A DNA stretch of 63,943 nt, filler included, from Actinomycetota bacterium (GTDB lineage Bacteria; Actinomycetota; Actinomycetes; JAKEEW01): NCBI GenBank assembly GCA_046725875.1. It is 4 parts of 4 records of this genome, joined end to end, with 100 filler letters (N's around TTAATTAATTAA, not from the genome) between each part and the next. Parts side by side here need not be neighbours in the genome. Positions count along the whole stretch, not along the records: positions 1 to 30,723 come from JBKOZJ010000147.1; 3 more parts are not named here. One strand, given 5' to 3'. Shown here piece by piece: positions 1-10,052 of the stretch; within the stretch, counting starts at the first letter, position 1, and each line of letters begins with the position of its first letter. Below the pieces are notes generated by a model that did not search any database, had not been told where the DNA came from, and was given only the letters and a program-made list of their open reading frames with translations. The position numbers were made by a program, and so were the translations under genes.

Positions 1-1
1 C

Positions 2-76
2 CCCGCCCCGGTAGACACCCGCGGAGGACCCCGAACCAGCGGTCCGTCCGGCCAGGACTCCACCGATATCACCTAG
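2..76 (+). CDS. 3' end of a gene cut by the contig start, possibly tatC
   Basis: Open frame PAPVDTRGGPRTSGPSGQDSTDIT* ends in a DIT tail; tatC-lipid kinase-helY is a common actinobacterial gene order. Confidence 0.35.
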   Translation, partial: PAPVDTRGGPRTSGPSGQDSTDIT

Positions 77-209
77 CCCGCGCCTGGCCGATCGCGTCGG
101 ACGCAAGCGGTGTCGCGGGCCTTCCTCCGCCAAGGCCAACGGCGTCCTGGGACTTCGGTTCGGCTTCCGGTACCGTCCAGGTGTCCGCACGCTCAACCGG
201 AGGCTCACG

Positions 210-1106
210 ATGTCGCGCGATGTCGCGCTGCTGGTCAATCCGGCTGCGGGCCCCGGCCGGGCGCCGCGGCTTGCCGGCGAGCTGGCCACCGCACTAGCCG
301 CCGCCGGAGATGAGGTGCGCACCGTCGCGGGCGGCAGTGCCGAGGAATCCCGGATGCTCGCGAGGCAGGCGGTGGCCGATGGTGCAGATGTGCTCGTCGC
401 GGCCGGCGGCGACGGGTTAGTGCACATCGCATTGCAGGCAGTCGCTGGCACGGGCACCGCGCTTGGCATCCTGCCCGCCGGAGCCGGCAACGACATCGCC
501 CGGGCGGTCGGCATCCCGCTCACCGACCCGTCCGCCGCCATCCAGGCCATTGCCGACGGGACCGTGCAACCCGTCGACGCGCTGCGCGTCACCACCGTGG
601 ACGGCGCCGTCACATGGGTCGGGACGATTCTCGCGGTCGGCTTCGATGCGCGGGTGAACGTCCGCTCCGACCGCCTCCACCGCCTCTCCGGCCAGCTTCG
701 GTACAACATCGCCGTCTTCGCGGAGCTGGCAGCCTTCCGCCCGCTTTCATACACGCTGGAGGTGGACGACGCGCCGGAGACCCTCGACGCCATGATGATC
801 GCCGTCGGCAACGGGGCGTGGTACGGCCGCGGCTTCAAGATGTGCCCGGGTGCCTCGCTCCAGGACGGCCTGCTCGACCTGACCATCGTCCACCCGGTCT
901 CGCGACTGACCCTCATCCGGATCTTGCCGAAGGTTTATCCAGGGCAGCACATCCACCATCCGCGAATCGAGGTCAGGAAGGCGGCGAAGGTCCGGATCAA
1001 CTCGCCCGGCGTCGTGGCCTACGGCGACGGGGAGCGGGTCGGCCCGCTTCCGGCTCTCTGCGAGGCCGTGCCGGGGGCGGTCTCGGTGCTCGCACCAAAG
1101 CCCTAG
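210..1106 (+). CDS. Diacylglycerol kinase family (YegS/BmrU-like) lipid kinase
   Basis: NPAAG, AGGDG, LPAGAGNDIAR, GNGAWYG and DGLLD motifs. Confidence 0.92.
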   Translation: MSRDVALLVNPAAGPGRAPRLAGELATALAAAGDEVRTVAGGSAEESRMLARQAVADGADVLVAAGGDGLVHIALQAVAGTGTALGILPAGAGNDIARAVGIPLTDPSAAIQAIADGTVQPVDALRVTTVDGAVTWVGTILAVGFDARVNVRSDRLHRLSGQLRYNIAVFAELAAFRPLSYTLEVDDAPETLDAMMIAVGNGAWYGRGFKMCPGASLQDGLLDLTIVHPVSRLTLIRILPKVYPGQHIHHPRIEVRKAAKVRINSPGVVAYGDGERVGPLPALCEAVPGAVSVLAPKP

Positions 1107-1131
1107 CAGGTCCGGCAGCTAGCCTGGTTGC

Positions 1132-3897
1132 ATGCCGTCACCCGCCGAGCGCTACTCGGCTGCCCGCCGGCGGCAGGCGGAGGAGCGGACCGCGCTTGGG
1201 TCGTTCCGTCAGCTCTACCCCTTCGGTCTCGACCCGTTCCAGGTGCGGGCCTGCGAGACGCTGGAGGCCGGCCTGGGGGTTCTGGTGGCCGCCCCGACCG
1301 GAGCAGGCAAGACCGTCGTCGGCGAGTTCGCGGTGCACCTAGCGCTCAGCCGCGGCCAGAAGTGTTTCTACACGACACCGATCAAGGCGCTGTCCAACCA
1401 GAAATACGCCGATCTGGTCAGCCGGTACGGCGCTGACACCGTCGGCCTCCTCACCGGGGACAACACGATCAATGGTGAGGCGCCGGTCGTCGTGATGACG
1501 ACCGAGGTGCTGCGCAACATGCTGTACGCCGGTTCCGGGACCCTGCTTGGTCTCGGGTATGTCGTGATGGACGAGGTCCACTACCTGTCCGACAGGTTCC
1601 GCGGTGGCGTCTGGGAGGAAGTGATCATCCACCTGCCGGAGTCGGTGACCCTCGTCTCACTCTCGGCCACCGTGTCCAACGCGGAGGAGTTCGGCGACTG
1701 GCTGGTCACCGTGCGCGGGGACACCACCGTGATCGTCGAGGAGCATCGTCCCGTACCGCTGTGGCAGCACGTGCTGGTCGGGCGCCGGCTGTTCGACCTG
1801 TTTGCCGAGCGCCGACCGGTCGGGACCGGGGATGCCGCCAGCGCGACCAGGGCCGTCAACCCGGATCTCCTGCGCCTCATCCGCGGCGAAGAGCAGCGGA
1901 TATCTCGGCCCTATGACACCCGCCGGCGGGGGCGTGGCCGGCCGCCCCGGCCCAGGTGGACGGTGCCGAGCCGACCAGATGTGATCGAGATCCTCGACAA
2001 CCAGGGCCTGCTCCCGGCGATCACCTTTATCTTCAGCCGGGCCGGCTGCGAGGCCGCGGTCACCCAGTGCGTCTACGCCGGGCTCCGGCTCAACAACGCC
2101 GCGGAGCGGGCCGAAGTGCGGGAGTACGTGGAGGAGCGCTGCGCGGTGATCCCCGACGAGGACCTGGACGTTCTCGGTTACCACGAGTGGCTGGATGCCC
2201 TCGAGCGCGGTGTCGCCGCCCACCACGCCGGCATGCTGCCGACCTTCAAAGAGGTCGTGGAGGAGTTGTTCGTCCGCGGATTGATCAAAGCCGTCTTCGC
2301 GACCGAGACACTGTCACTTGGGATCAACATGCCCGCGCGATCAGTCGTACTCGAGCGCCTGGTCAAGTGGAACGGCGAGACGCTGGCGGACGTGACGCCG
2401 GGGGAGTACACCCAGCTCACCGGGCGAGCCGGGCGGCGCGGCATCGACGTCGAGGGGCACGCGGTCGTCATCTGGCAGCCCGGCCTGGATCCGACGGCCG
2501 TTGCGGGACTCGCGTCGACCCGGACCTACCCCCTGCGGTCGTCGTTTCGCCCCTCCTACAACATGGCGGTCAACCTGGTCGGCCAGGTCGGGCGCGCCAC
2601 GGCGCGGGAGCTGCTCGAGACGTCGTTCGCGCAGTTCCAGGCGGACCGGGCGGTCGTCGGGCTGGCCCGTCAGGTGCAGCGCAACGAGGAGGCACTGGCC
2701 GGCTACCGCGAGGCCGCGACATGCCATCTAGGCGACTTCATGGAGTACGCGGCGTTGCGTCGGGTGCTGTCCGAGCGGGAGGCCGACCTCGCCCGTCGTG
2801 GAAAGGCAGCGGTGCGAGCGGCTGCGCTGCAGTCGCTGGAGCGGCTGCGTCCGGGTGACGTGATCCAGGTGCCGGCCGGTCGACGTTCTGGCTTGGCGGT
2901 CGTACTCGATCCAGGCTTTTCCGCCGGCCGCGACGACCCACGGCCGACCGTACTGACGGCGGAGCGGCAGGTCGCCAAGCTGTCGCTGGTCGACTTCCCG
3001 GCGCCCGTGGAGGCGCTGGACCGCATGCGGATCCCGCGCAGCTTCAACCCGCGCTCCGCCCAGTCCAGGCGCGACTTGGCGGCGTCATTGCGCACCCGGG
3101 CCGGTGACCGCGGCCTCGATCAGATAGCCGGCGGGCGGCGCCCGCGTCGGCCCGAGGTCACCGACGACACCGAGATCCAGGATTTGCGGGCCAAGATCAG
3201 GGCGCATCCGTGCCACGGTTGCCCGGACCGCGAGGAGCATGCGCGCTGGGCCGAGCGCTACTTCCGGCTTGAACGGGACACGTTGTCGCTGCAGCGGCGG
3301 GTCGAGGGGCGCACGAACACGATCGCACGCACCTTTGACCGGGTCTGCGGGCTACTCGAGTCGCTCGGCTACCTCTCCGGCGACTCGGTCACCGACGAGG
3401 GCCGGCGGCTGGCACGGCTCTACACCGAGCTCGACCTGCTGACCGCGGAGTGCCTGCGGGCCGGCCAGTGGGACACGCTCTCCGTGCCGGAACTCGCCGC
3501 CGTCGTCTCCGCACTCGTGTACGAGGCACGCCAGCCCGACGATGTGGGACCGCCGCGACTACCGGGTGGCGCGGCCCGGGAAGCGCTCGGCGGCATGGTG
3601 AAGTTGTGGGCCGAGCTGGACGCGTTGGAGAAGGAGAACCGGCTCGACTTCCTCCGCGAGCCGGATCTCGGTTTCGCCTGGGCGGCCTACCGCTGGGCGT
3701 CCGGGCACAGCCTGGACACGGTCCTCACCGAGACCGACCTTCCGGCGGGCGATTTCGTCCGGTGGACGCGGCAGCTGATCGACCTGCTGGGACAGGTCGC
3801 GGACGCCTCGGGGGGCGACTCGCCGGTGGGTGGCAATGCGAAGAAGGCGGTCGAGGCTCTCCGCCGCGGCGTCGTCGCGTACTCCTCGGTCGGCTAA
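1132..3897 (+). CDS. helY: Ski2-like DEAD/DEAH-box RNA helicase HelY
   Basis: APTGAGKT, PIKALSNQK, DEVH, SAT, QLTGRAGRRG and a DSHCT-like C-terminus. Confidence 0.93.
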   Translation: MPSPAERYSAARRRQAEERTALGSFRQLYPFGLDPFQVRACETLEAGLGVLVAAPTGAGKTVVGEFAVHLALSRGQKCFYTTPIKALSNQKYADLVSRYGADTVGLLTGDNTINGEAPVVVMTTEVLRNMLYAGSGTLLGLGYVVMDEVHYLSDRFRGGVWEEVIIHLPESVTLVSLSATVSNAEEFGDWLVTVRGDTTVIVEEHRPVPLWQHVLVGRRLFDLFAERRPVGTGDAASATRAVNPDLLRLIRGEEQRISRPYDTRRRGRGRPPRPRWTVPSRPDVIEILDNQGLLPAITFIFSRAGCEAAVTQCVYAGLRLNNAAERAEVREYVEERCAVIPDEDLDVLGYHEWLDALERGVAAHHAGMLPTFKEVVEELFVRGLIKAVFATETLSLGINMPARSVVLERLVKWNGETLADVTPGEYTQLTGRAGRRGIDVEGHAVVIWQPGLDPTAVAGLASTRTYPLRSSFRPSYNMAVNLVGQVGRATARELLETSFAQFQADRAVVGLARQVQRNEEALAGYREAATCHLGDFMEYAALRRVLSEREADLARRGKAAVRAAALQSLERLRPGDVIQVPAGRRSGLAVVLDPGFSAGRDDPRPTVLTAERQVAKLSLVDFPAPVEALDRMRIPRSFNPRSAQSRRDLAASLRTRAGDRGLDQIAGGRRPRRPEVTDDTEIQDLRAKIRAHPCHGCPDREEHARWAERYFRLERDTLSLQRRVEGRTNTIARTFDRVCGLLESLGYLSGDSVTDEGRRLARLYTELDLLTAECLRAGQWDTLSVPELAAVVSALVYEARQPDDVGPPRLPGGAAREALGGMVKLWAELDALEKENRLDFLREPDLGFAWAAYRWASGHSLDTVLTETDLPAGDFVRWTRQLIDLLGQVADASGGDSPVGGNAKKAVEALRRGVVAYSSVG

Positions 3898-4059
3898 TGC
3901 TTGATCACTGCCGTGTATTTCGCTTGACGGTGCGCGTCGCACAGCGGTCTGATGGCGAGGGCCGCCACCGACCGCGGCTGCCATGTGTTCCGACGAGTAC
4001 GAGAGGAGGCGCGAAATGTCTGCCCGGTTCCTAGACCCAACTGCGAAAGGTCACCAGAC

Positions 4060-4443
4060 TTGTCGTTTCCTCGCTCGTTTCACTGTGAGCACTGCGGCGC
4101 AGCCGTCTCGCTCGATGCGCCCGGCACCTCACATCGCAACCACTGTCCACGCTGCCTGTGGTCGAAGCATCTTGACCGCAACACTCCCGGCGACCGGAAG
4201 GCGGGCTGCGACGGTGGAATGGAACCAATTGCGGTCACCGTCCGGGGCGAACGCCGCTGGGTTCTCATCCATCGCTGCACCCACTGCGGTCGGCTGCGGC
4301 TGAACCGCACCGCTGCAGACGACAACGTGCTGCTGCTCCTGCAGCTCGCCGTGCTGCCGCTCACGATGCCACCCTTTCCACACCCAACCGCGGCGGCTTC
4401 GGGGGACTCGGCCCCTGACACCTCGACCCGCCGCTCCGCCTGA
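4060..4443 (+). CDS. RNHCP-domain zinc-binding protein
   Basis: CEHCG...HRNHCPRCLWSKH...HRCTHCG...DDN; in-frame TTG at 4060 with GAAAGG upstream (frame open from 3952). Confidence 0.85.
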   Translation: MSFPRSFHCEHCGAAVSLDAPGTSHRNHCPRCLWSKHLDRNTPGDRKAGCDGGMEPIAVTVRGERRWVLIHRCTHCGRLRLNRTAADDNVLLLLQLAVLPLTMPPFPHPTAAASGDSAPDTSTRRSA

Positions 4444-4560
4444 ATTACGCGACCGGAACCGCAGGCCGCGCCGGACCGTAACTACAGCGTGGCGCGACCT
4501 GCGGTGACCGTCCCATGCTTTGGTGCGCGGCGGGTGTGTCGGTCCTCGAGACCATTCAAT

Positions 4561-5469
4561 TCAGCGGGAGAGGGCGGCCAGGAGGCGGTTGAGGGGGGAG
4601 TCGAGGTTCCACCGATCAGCGAGCTCGACCAGCACCTCGGCATCTGCAGGTGCCGCGGGTCGCATGTCCTCGTACGCGGGCAGCGGTGCGTCGGTCGCGA
4701 CCCGTACGACACTGGGCGCGACGACGAGGTAGTCGCGTGCGTCGGTGAGCTTTCGGCGAATGCCGGGAGCGAGTCCCGATTGCGGATCGTCGAGCGCGGC
4801 GAGCAACCCCTCGATCGAGCCGTAGCCCGCGATCAGGGATGCGGCGGTCCGGTCGCCGATCCCCGCCACACCCGGCAGTCCGTCGCTCGGGTCGCCACGG
4901 AGCGTGGCGAAGTCGGCATACGCTCGGCCGGGAATGCCGTACTTCTTCTCGATGAACGCCTCGTCCACGACCTCGAGGTTGCGCACTCCGCGGCCCGTGT
5001 AGAGGACCCGTACGTCCCGCGCGTCGTCCACGACCTGAAAGAGGTCGCGATCGCCGGTGACCACATCGGTCGGCACCGTCGAATGTGCGGCGAGCGTGCC
5101 TAGGACGTCGTCGGCTTCGTAGCCGGGTGATCCGACCGCCGCGATCCCAACCGCGGCGAGAACCGCTTCGATGATCGGAATCTGCGGCACCAGGGTGTCG
5201 GGGACGATCTCGACCGTGCCGTCCGGGGCAAGCCGGTGGGTCTTGTAGGAGGGCACCGCAGCGACCCGGAATGCGGGCCGCCAGTCAGCATCCATACACG
5301 CGACCAGATTCGTCGGCTGCTCCCTACCGACCAGAAAGGCAACCATGTCAATGAAGCCGCGGACCGCGTTGACGGGCGTGCCATCAGGGGCAGTCGTCGT
5401 CTCCGGTACTCCGAAGTAAGCCCGGAAGTAAAGCGACGCTGCATCGAGGAGCATGAGCCGGGATCCCAC
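4561..5469 (-). CDS. 5'-3' exonuclease/flap endonuclease (stand-alone PolA N-terminal-like)
   Basis: LLDAASLYFRAY, YEADDVLGTL, VVTGDRDL, LRGDPSDGLPGVAGIG. Confidence 0.92.
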   Translation of the reverse strand: MGSRLMLLDAASLYFRAYFGVPETTTAPDGTPVNAVRGFIDMVAFLVGREQPTNLVACMDADWRPAFRVAAVPSYKTHRLAPDGTVEIVPDTLVPQIPIIEAVLAAVGIAAVGSPGYEADDVLGTLAAHSTVPTDVVTGDRDLFQVVDDARDVRVLYTGRGVRNLEVVDEAFIEKKYGIPGRAYADFATLRGDPSDGLPGVAGIGDRTAASLIAGYGSIEGLLAALDDPQSGLAPGIRRKLTDARDYLVVAPSVVRVATDAPLPAYEDMRPAAPADAEVLVELADRWNLDSPLNRLLAALSR

Positions 5470-5737
5470 AGCGCCATTCTTCCCGCCCCCGCCGACATTC
5501 GCCGCTCCGTCCACGAAGGCAGCCTCTCGGCAACCTCGCCGGACATTCGCAACGACGATCAACATCGGGGGCTCGCTCACGCACCGTCCACGCCGAGTCA
5601 CTGGACCGCACGAACGGTCGGGCGCGTGGTTACCACTGCCCGGAGATTGGACGGCTACGCTGAGGCACCGTGAGCGAGCTTTGCGAGCGAAGCGGTGGGC
5701 GGAGCACTTGTCACCGCGCCGCGCGAATGGAGGCGCT

Positions 5738-6844
5738 GTGACGGCCGAAATTCAGGACCGGCTGGCCCGCGCCCAGAAGGCCGCCGCCGAGGCCGGGCTC
5801 GACGCATTGCTGATCACACCCGGCGCCGACCTTCGCTACTTGACCGGCTACGACGCGCCTGCGCTGGAACGGCTGACCTGCCTCGTCGCCCCGGCGAGCG
5901 CTGATCCGGTTCTCGTTGTGCCGCAGCTCGAAAGACCAGCGGCCGAGGCATCCCCCGCCGCTGACCTCGGCCTGGACATCAGGGCCTGGGGCGAGACCGA
6001 GGATCCGTACGCGTTGGTGGCCGCCGTCGTGCCGGCGGCCCGGGTGCTCGCTCTGGACAATCACATGTGGGCGGAGAAGGTCCTCCGATTCCGGTCCGCG
6101 CTGCCGGTCGCCGACCAGCAGCTGGCCGGGGACATCCTCCGCGAGCTGCGCATCCGTAAGAGCCGGGAGGAGATCGCCGAGTTGCGCACCGCGGCCGACA
6201 CGATCGACCGCGTGCACGAGCAGGTGCCGGGCAGGCTGCGCCCGGGCCGCAGCGAGCGCGATGTCGGCAAGGACATCGCTGAGGCGATTGTCGGGGCGGG
6301 GCACGTCCGGGCCGACTTCGTCATCGTCGCCTCGGGACCCAACGCCGCGAGCCCCCACCACGGCGTCTCGGATCGGGTCATCCAGCCAGGCGACCCGGTT
6401 GTCGTGGACATCGGCGGCACCATCGAGTCCGGCTACTGCTCGGACGAAACCCGTACATATGTCGTCGGCGACCCGCCGGCCGATTTCCTTGCGTACTACG
6501 AGGTGCTCTACGACGCGCAGGCCGCGGCGTGCGAGGCCGTGCGGGAAGGTGTGACCTGCGAGAGCATCGACGCGGCCGCCCGCCACATCATCGCGGCGGC
6601 CGGTTACGGCGAATACTTCATCCACCGTACGGGTCATGGCATCGGGCTGGAGACCCATGAGGACCCGTACATCGTGGCCGGGAACGACCGCGTGCTGGAG
6701 CCCGGCATGGCGTTCTCCGTGGAGCCCGGGGTCTACCTGCCGGGCCGGCATGGGGCACGCATCGAGGACATCGTCGTGTGTACCGAGACCGGAGTCGAAC
6801 GGCTCAACGGTCGACCCCGCGAGCTGACCATCGTGCCGGGCTGA
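5738..6844 (+). CDS. Xaa-Pro aminopeptidase/dipeptidase (M24B)
   Basis: DIGG, YCSDETRT, HRTGHGIGLETHE, EPG, RIED; GGAGG before GTG 5738. Confidence 0.92.
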   Translation: MTAEIQDRLARAQKAAAEAGLDALLITPGADLRYLTGYDAPALERLTCLVAPASADPVLVVPQLERPAAEASPAADLGLDIRAWGETEDPYALVAAVVPAARVLALDNHMWAEKVLRFRSALPVADQQLAGDILRELRIRKSREEIAELRTAADTIDRVHEQVPGRLRPGRSERDVGKDIAEAIVGAGHVRADFVIVASGPNAASPHHGVSDRVIQPGDPVVVDIGGTIESGYCSDETRTYVVGDPPADFLAYYEVLYDAQAAACEAVREGVTCESIDAAARHIIAAAGYGEYFIHRTGHGIGLETHEDPYIVAGNDRVLEPGMAFSVEPGVYLPGRHGARIEDIVVCTETGVERLNGRPRELTIVPG

Positions 6845-6869
6845 ACTCTCGCCGAGCAGGGGCAATGTC

Positions 6870-8021
6870 GTGATTCGATCCGCCGTCGATCGCGAGCTTC
6901 CCACGCCGGAGGCCGCCGATCTCCTCAAGCTGACCCGCGAGCTCGCCGCGGCCGAGCTCGTGCCGCGCGCCGCCGTCGACGAGGAAGCACACCGCTTCCC
7001 GCGTGAAGTCTTTCTGACCATCGGGCGGGCGGGGTTGCTCGGCCTGCCCTATCCGGAGGAGTACGGCGGCGGCGGGCAGCCGTACGAGGTCTACCTGCAG
7101 GTGGTCGAGGAGCTCGCGGCCGCCTGGCTGACCGTGGGCCTCGGGGTTAGCGTGCACACGCTCGCGGCCTATCCGCTCGCAGCCTACGGGACCGAGGAGC
7201 AGAAGCGGCGCTGGTTGCCCGACCTGGTGGGCGGCGAGCTCCTTGGTGCCTACTGCCTATCCGAGCCGCATTCGGGTTCGGACGCAGCGGCCATGACGAC
7301 GCGGGCGACCCGGGAGGGCGACGACTACGTCGTGCGGGGAACCAAGGCCTGGATCAGCCACGGCGGGCAAGCCGACTTCTACGCATTGATGGCGCGGACT
7401 TCCGACGAGGGCGCCCGGGGTATCAGCTGCTTTCTGCTGCCAGGCGACATGCCGGGCATGGCCGCGGCGCCGCCCGAGCGCAAGATGGGCATGTACGCGT
7501 CGCCGACGGCGCAGATCATGTTCGACGGCGCGCGGGTTCCCGCCGACCGGCGGATTGGGGCGGAGGGTGACGGTTTCCGGATCGCGCTCGCCGCGCTCGA
7601 CGGTGGCCGGCTCGGCATCGCCGCATGCTCCGTTGGACTTGCGCAGGCCGCGCTTGACCTGGCGGTCGGCTGGGCCAAGGAGCGCCGGCAGTTTGGCCGG
7701 CCGATCATGGACTTCCAGGGACTGCAGTTCATGCTCGCCGATATGGCCACGGCGCTGACCGCCGGACGCGCGCTCTACCTCGCCGCCGCTCGGCGCCGGG
7801 ACACCGGACGGTCCTACCGCACCGAGGCCGCGATGGCCAAGCTCTTCTGCAGCGACATGGCGATGAGGGTCACGACCGACGCCGTGCAGGTGCTCGGCGG
7901 CTACGGCTATGTCACCGACTATCCGGCCGAGCGGTATCTCCGAGAGGCGAAGGTCCTCCAGATCGTGGAAGGGACCAACCAGATCCAGCGGCTGGTCGTC
8001 GGCCGTGACCTTGCGGAGTGA
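6870..8021 (+). CDS. Acyl-CoA dehydrogenase
   Basis: CLSEPHSGSD, GTKAWIS, ERRQFG, QVLGGYGY, IVEGTNQIQR. Confidence 0.95.
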   Translation: MIRSAVDRELPTPEAADLLKLTRELAAAELVPRAAVDEEAHRFPREVFLTIGRAGLLGLPYPEEYGGGGQPYEVYLQVVEELAAAWLTVGLGVSVHTLAAYPLAAYGTEEQKRRWLPDLVGGELLGAYCLSEPHSGSDAAAMTTRATREGDDYVVRGTKAWISHGGQADFYALMARTSDEGARGISCFLLPGDMPGMAAAPPERKMGMYASPTAQIMFDGARVPADRRIGAEGDGFRIALAALDGGRLGIAACSVGLAQAALDLAVGWAKERRQFGRPIMDFQGLQFMLADMATALTAGRALYLAAARRRDTGRSYRTEAAMAKLFCSDMAMRVTTDAVQVLGGYGYVTDYPAERYLREAKVLQIVEGTNQIQRLVVGRDLAE

Positions 8022-8070
8022 TCCCCTCAACGCCTCGCCAGCTCGAGTTATCGGCGATTACGGTACGAGC

Positions 8071-8511
8071 GTGGAGGACCTCGACCGGCGGATCCTTGCG
8101 CTGCTCAGCCGCGACGGGCGGATGAGCTACACCGACCTGAGCAAGGCAACCGGCCTTTCCACTTCAGCGGTCCACCAGCGGGTGCGTCGGCTGGAGCAGC
8201 GCGGAGTCATCAAGAACTACACGGCCGTGGTCGATCCGGAGGCGATCGGCCTCCCGCTGACCGCCTTCATCTCCGTTAAGCCGATCGACCCGGCGGCGCC
8301 GGACGACATTCCCGAGCGGCTCGCCGATCTGCCCGAGATCGAGGCGTGCCACAGCGTCGCGGGAGAGGAAAACTACATCCTCAAGGTCCGGGTCGGGTCA
8401 CCCGGCGACCTGGAAGCCCTGATTGGTGTGATTCGGGCTAAAGCGGGCGTATCTACCCGTACTACCGTCGTGCTCAGCACCCCGTTCGAATCCCGCCCAC
8501 CGGCGGTTTGA
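8071..8511 (+). CDS. Lrp/AsnC family transcriptional regulator
   Basis: DLDRRILALLSRDGRMSYTDL...RVRRLE HTH; CHSVAGE RAM domain. Confidence 0.93.
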   Translation: MEDLDRRILALLSRDGRMSYTDLSKATGLSTSAVHQRVRRLEQRGVIKNYTAVVDPEAIGLPLTAFISVKPIDPAAPDDIPERLADLPEIEACHSVAGEENYILKVRVGSPGDLEALIGVIRAKAGVSTRTTVVLSTPFESRPPAV

Positions 8512-8822
8512 CCTGGCCGGTAGATCCAAAAGCTGGACCGGTGACCGGTATTTGAGCGGCGGCCGGGGGCGCCGGGGGTCATCACCCGCTCGGACCAAGT
8601 TGATCACGATTGGGTCACGCATATCGCCCCATGTGGGTTGTCACCTGGCACATCGGTGGAAGACTGAGGCGTAACGCAGATCTGCACCTTCGGCTGACCG
8701 CGATCCGTCGTGCGGGCAGAGACCGTCCGGCAAAGTGTCCGAGCTGGCCCTGCCAGCCAAGGCAGTCGCGACAATCAGGCCCGTGTCGATGGGTCCGGCC
8801 AGCTCTTTCGTGGGAGCGTGGC

Positions 8823-10037
8823 GTGGCAGAAGTCGTACTCGACCATGTCGGCAAGGTTTATCCCGATGGCACCCGCGCAGTGCGGGACATGAATCTGTTT
8901 ATCGAGGACAAGGAGTTCCTCGTCCTTGTCGGTCCCTCCGGTTGCGGCAAGACCACCGCGCTGCGAATGATTGCCGGCCTGGAGGACATCAGCGAAGGCG
9001 AGATCCGCATCGGAGATCGCGTAGTCAACCGGGTGCCAGCCCGGGACCGCGACGTCGCCATGGTGTTCCAGAGCTACGCGCTCTACCCACATCTTTCGGT
9101 GCGGGACAACATCGGCTTCGGGCTCCAGTTGCGCAAGATGCCAAAGGCCGAGATCACCCGGCGCGTGGACAATGCCGCCCGAATTCTGGGCCTCGAAGAA
9201 TTCCTCGACAAGAAGCCGCGCAACCTGTCCGGTGGCCAGCGGCAGCGGGTGGCGATGGGCCGGGCGATCGTCCGCGAGCCGCAGGCGTTCCTCATGGATG
9301 AGCCGCTGTCCAACCTCGACGCAAAGCTGCGGGTTCAGATGCGCGCGGAGATCGCTCGCATTCAGCGCGATCTCGGCGTCACGACCATCTACGTGACGCA
9401 CGACCAGACCGAGGCCATGACTCTCGGCGACCGGGTGGCAGTCATGCGGAACGGCGAGCTACAGCAGGTCGCCGAACCGCAGGTGCTCTACGACCACCCG
9501 AACAACATCTTCGTCGCCGGATTCATCGGTTCCCCTGCAATGAACCTGCTCCAGGGCATGCTGGCTGAGGCCGACGGGAACCTGGAGCTGACGGTCGGCA
9601 GCCAGAAGCTACGCCTCCCTCGGGAGGTGCTGACCGAGCGTCCGGCACTGAGGGGCTACATCGGTCGCAAGGTCGTGGTCGGGATCCGGCCGGAAGACAT
9701 GGACGATGCGGCACTTATGCGCAGTGCCGACGGCGCAACCCTGCAGTCGAGCGCCGACCTGGTCGAGGCGATGGGCTCTGACGTGATCGTCCATTTCTTG
9801 GTGGACGCACCTCAGGTCGTGACCGAGGACACCAAGGACCTCGCCCGCGATGTGGGGACGGACGTGCTCGGCGGGCTGGAGGAGAAGCCGCACACCGAGA
9901 TGGTGACGCGGTTCAATCCGCGCACTCGAGTACGCGTGGGCGAGCCGGTGACCGCGGCCATCGCAGTGGATCGACTGCACTACTTTGACCCAGACACCGG
10001 ACTCTCCATCTGGGGAGACCAGGAATCAGTTCCGTAG
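8823..10037 (+). CDS. Sugar ABC transporter ATP-binding subunit (MsiK/UgpC/MalK type)
   Basis: GPSGCGKTT, LSGGQRQRVA, MDEPLSNLDAKLR, YVTHDQ. Confidence 0.95.
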   Translation: MAEVVLDHVGKVYPDGTRAVRDMNLFIEDKEFLVLVGPSGCGKTTALRMIAGLEDISEGEIRIGDRVVNRVPARDRDVAMVFQSYALYPHLSVRDNIGFGLQLRKMPKAEITRRVDNAARILGLEEFLDKKPRNLSGGQRQRVAMGRAIVREPQAFLMDEPLSNLDAKLRVQMRAEIARIQRDLGVTTIYVTHDQTEAMTLGDRVAVMRNGELQQVAEPQVLYDHPNNIFVAGFIGSPAMNLLQGMLAEADGNLELTVGSQKLRLPREVLTERPALRGYIGRKVVVGIRPEDMDDAALMRSADGATLQSSADLVEAMGSDVIVHFLVDAPQVVTEDTKDLARDVGTDVLGGLEEKPHTEMVTRFNPRTRVRVGEPVTAAIAVDRLHYFDPDTGLSIWGDQESVP

Positions 10038-10052
10038 GAGAGGACACTGCGC

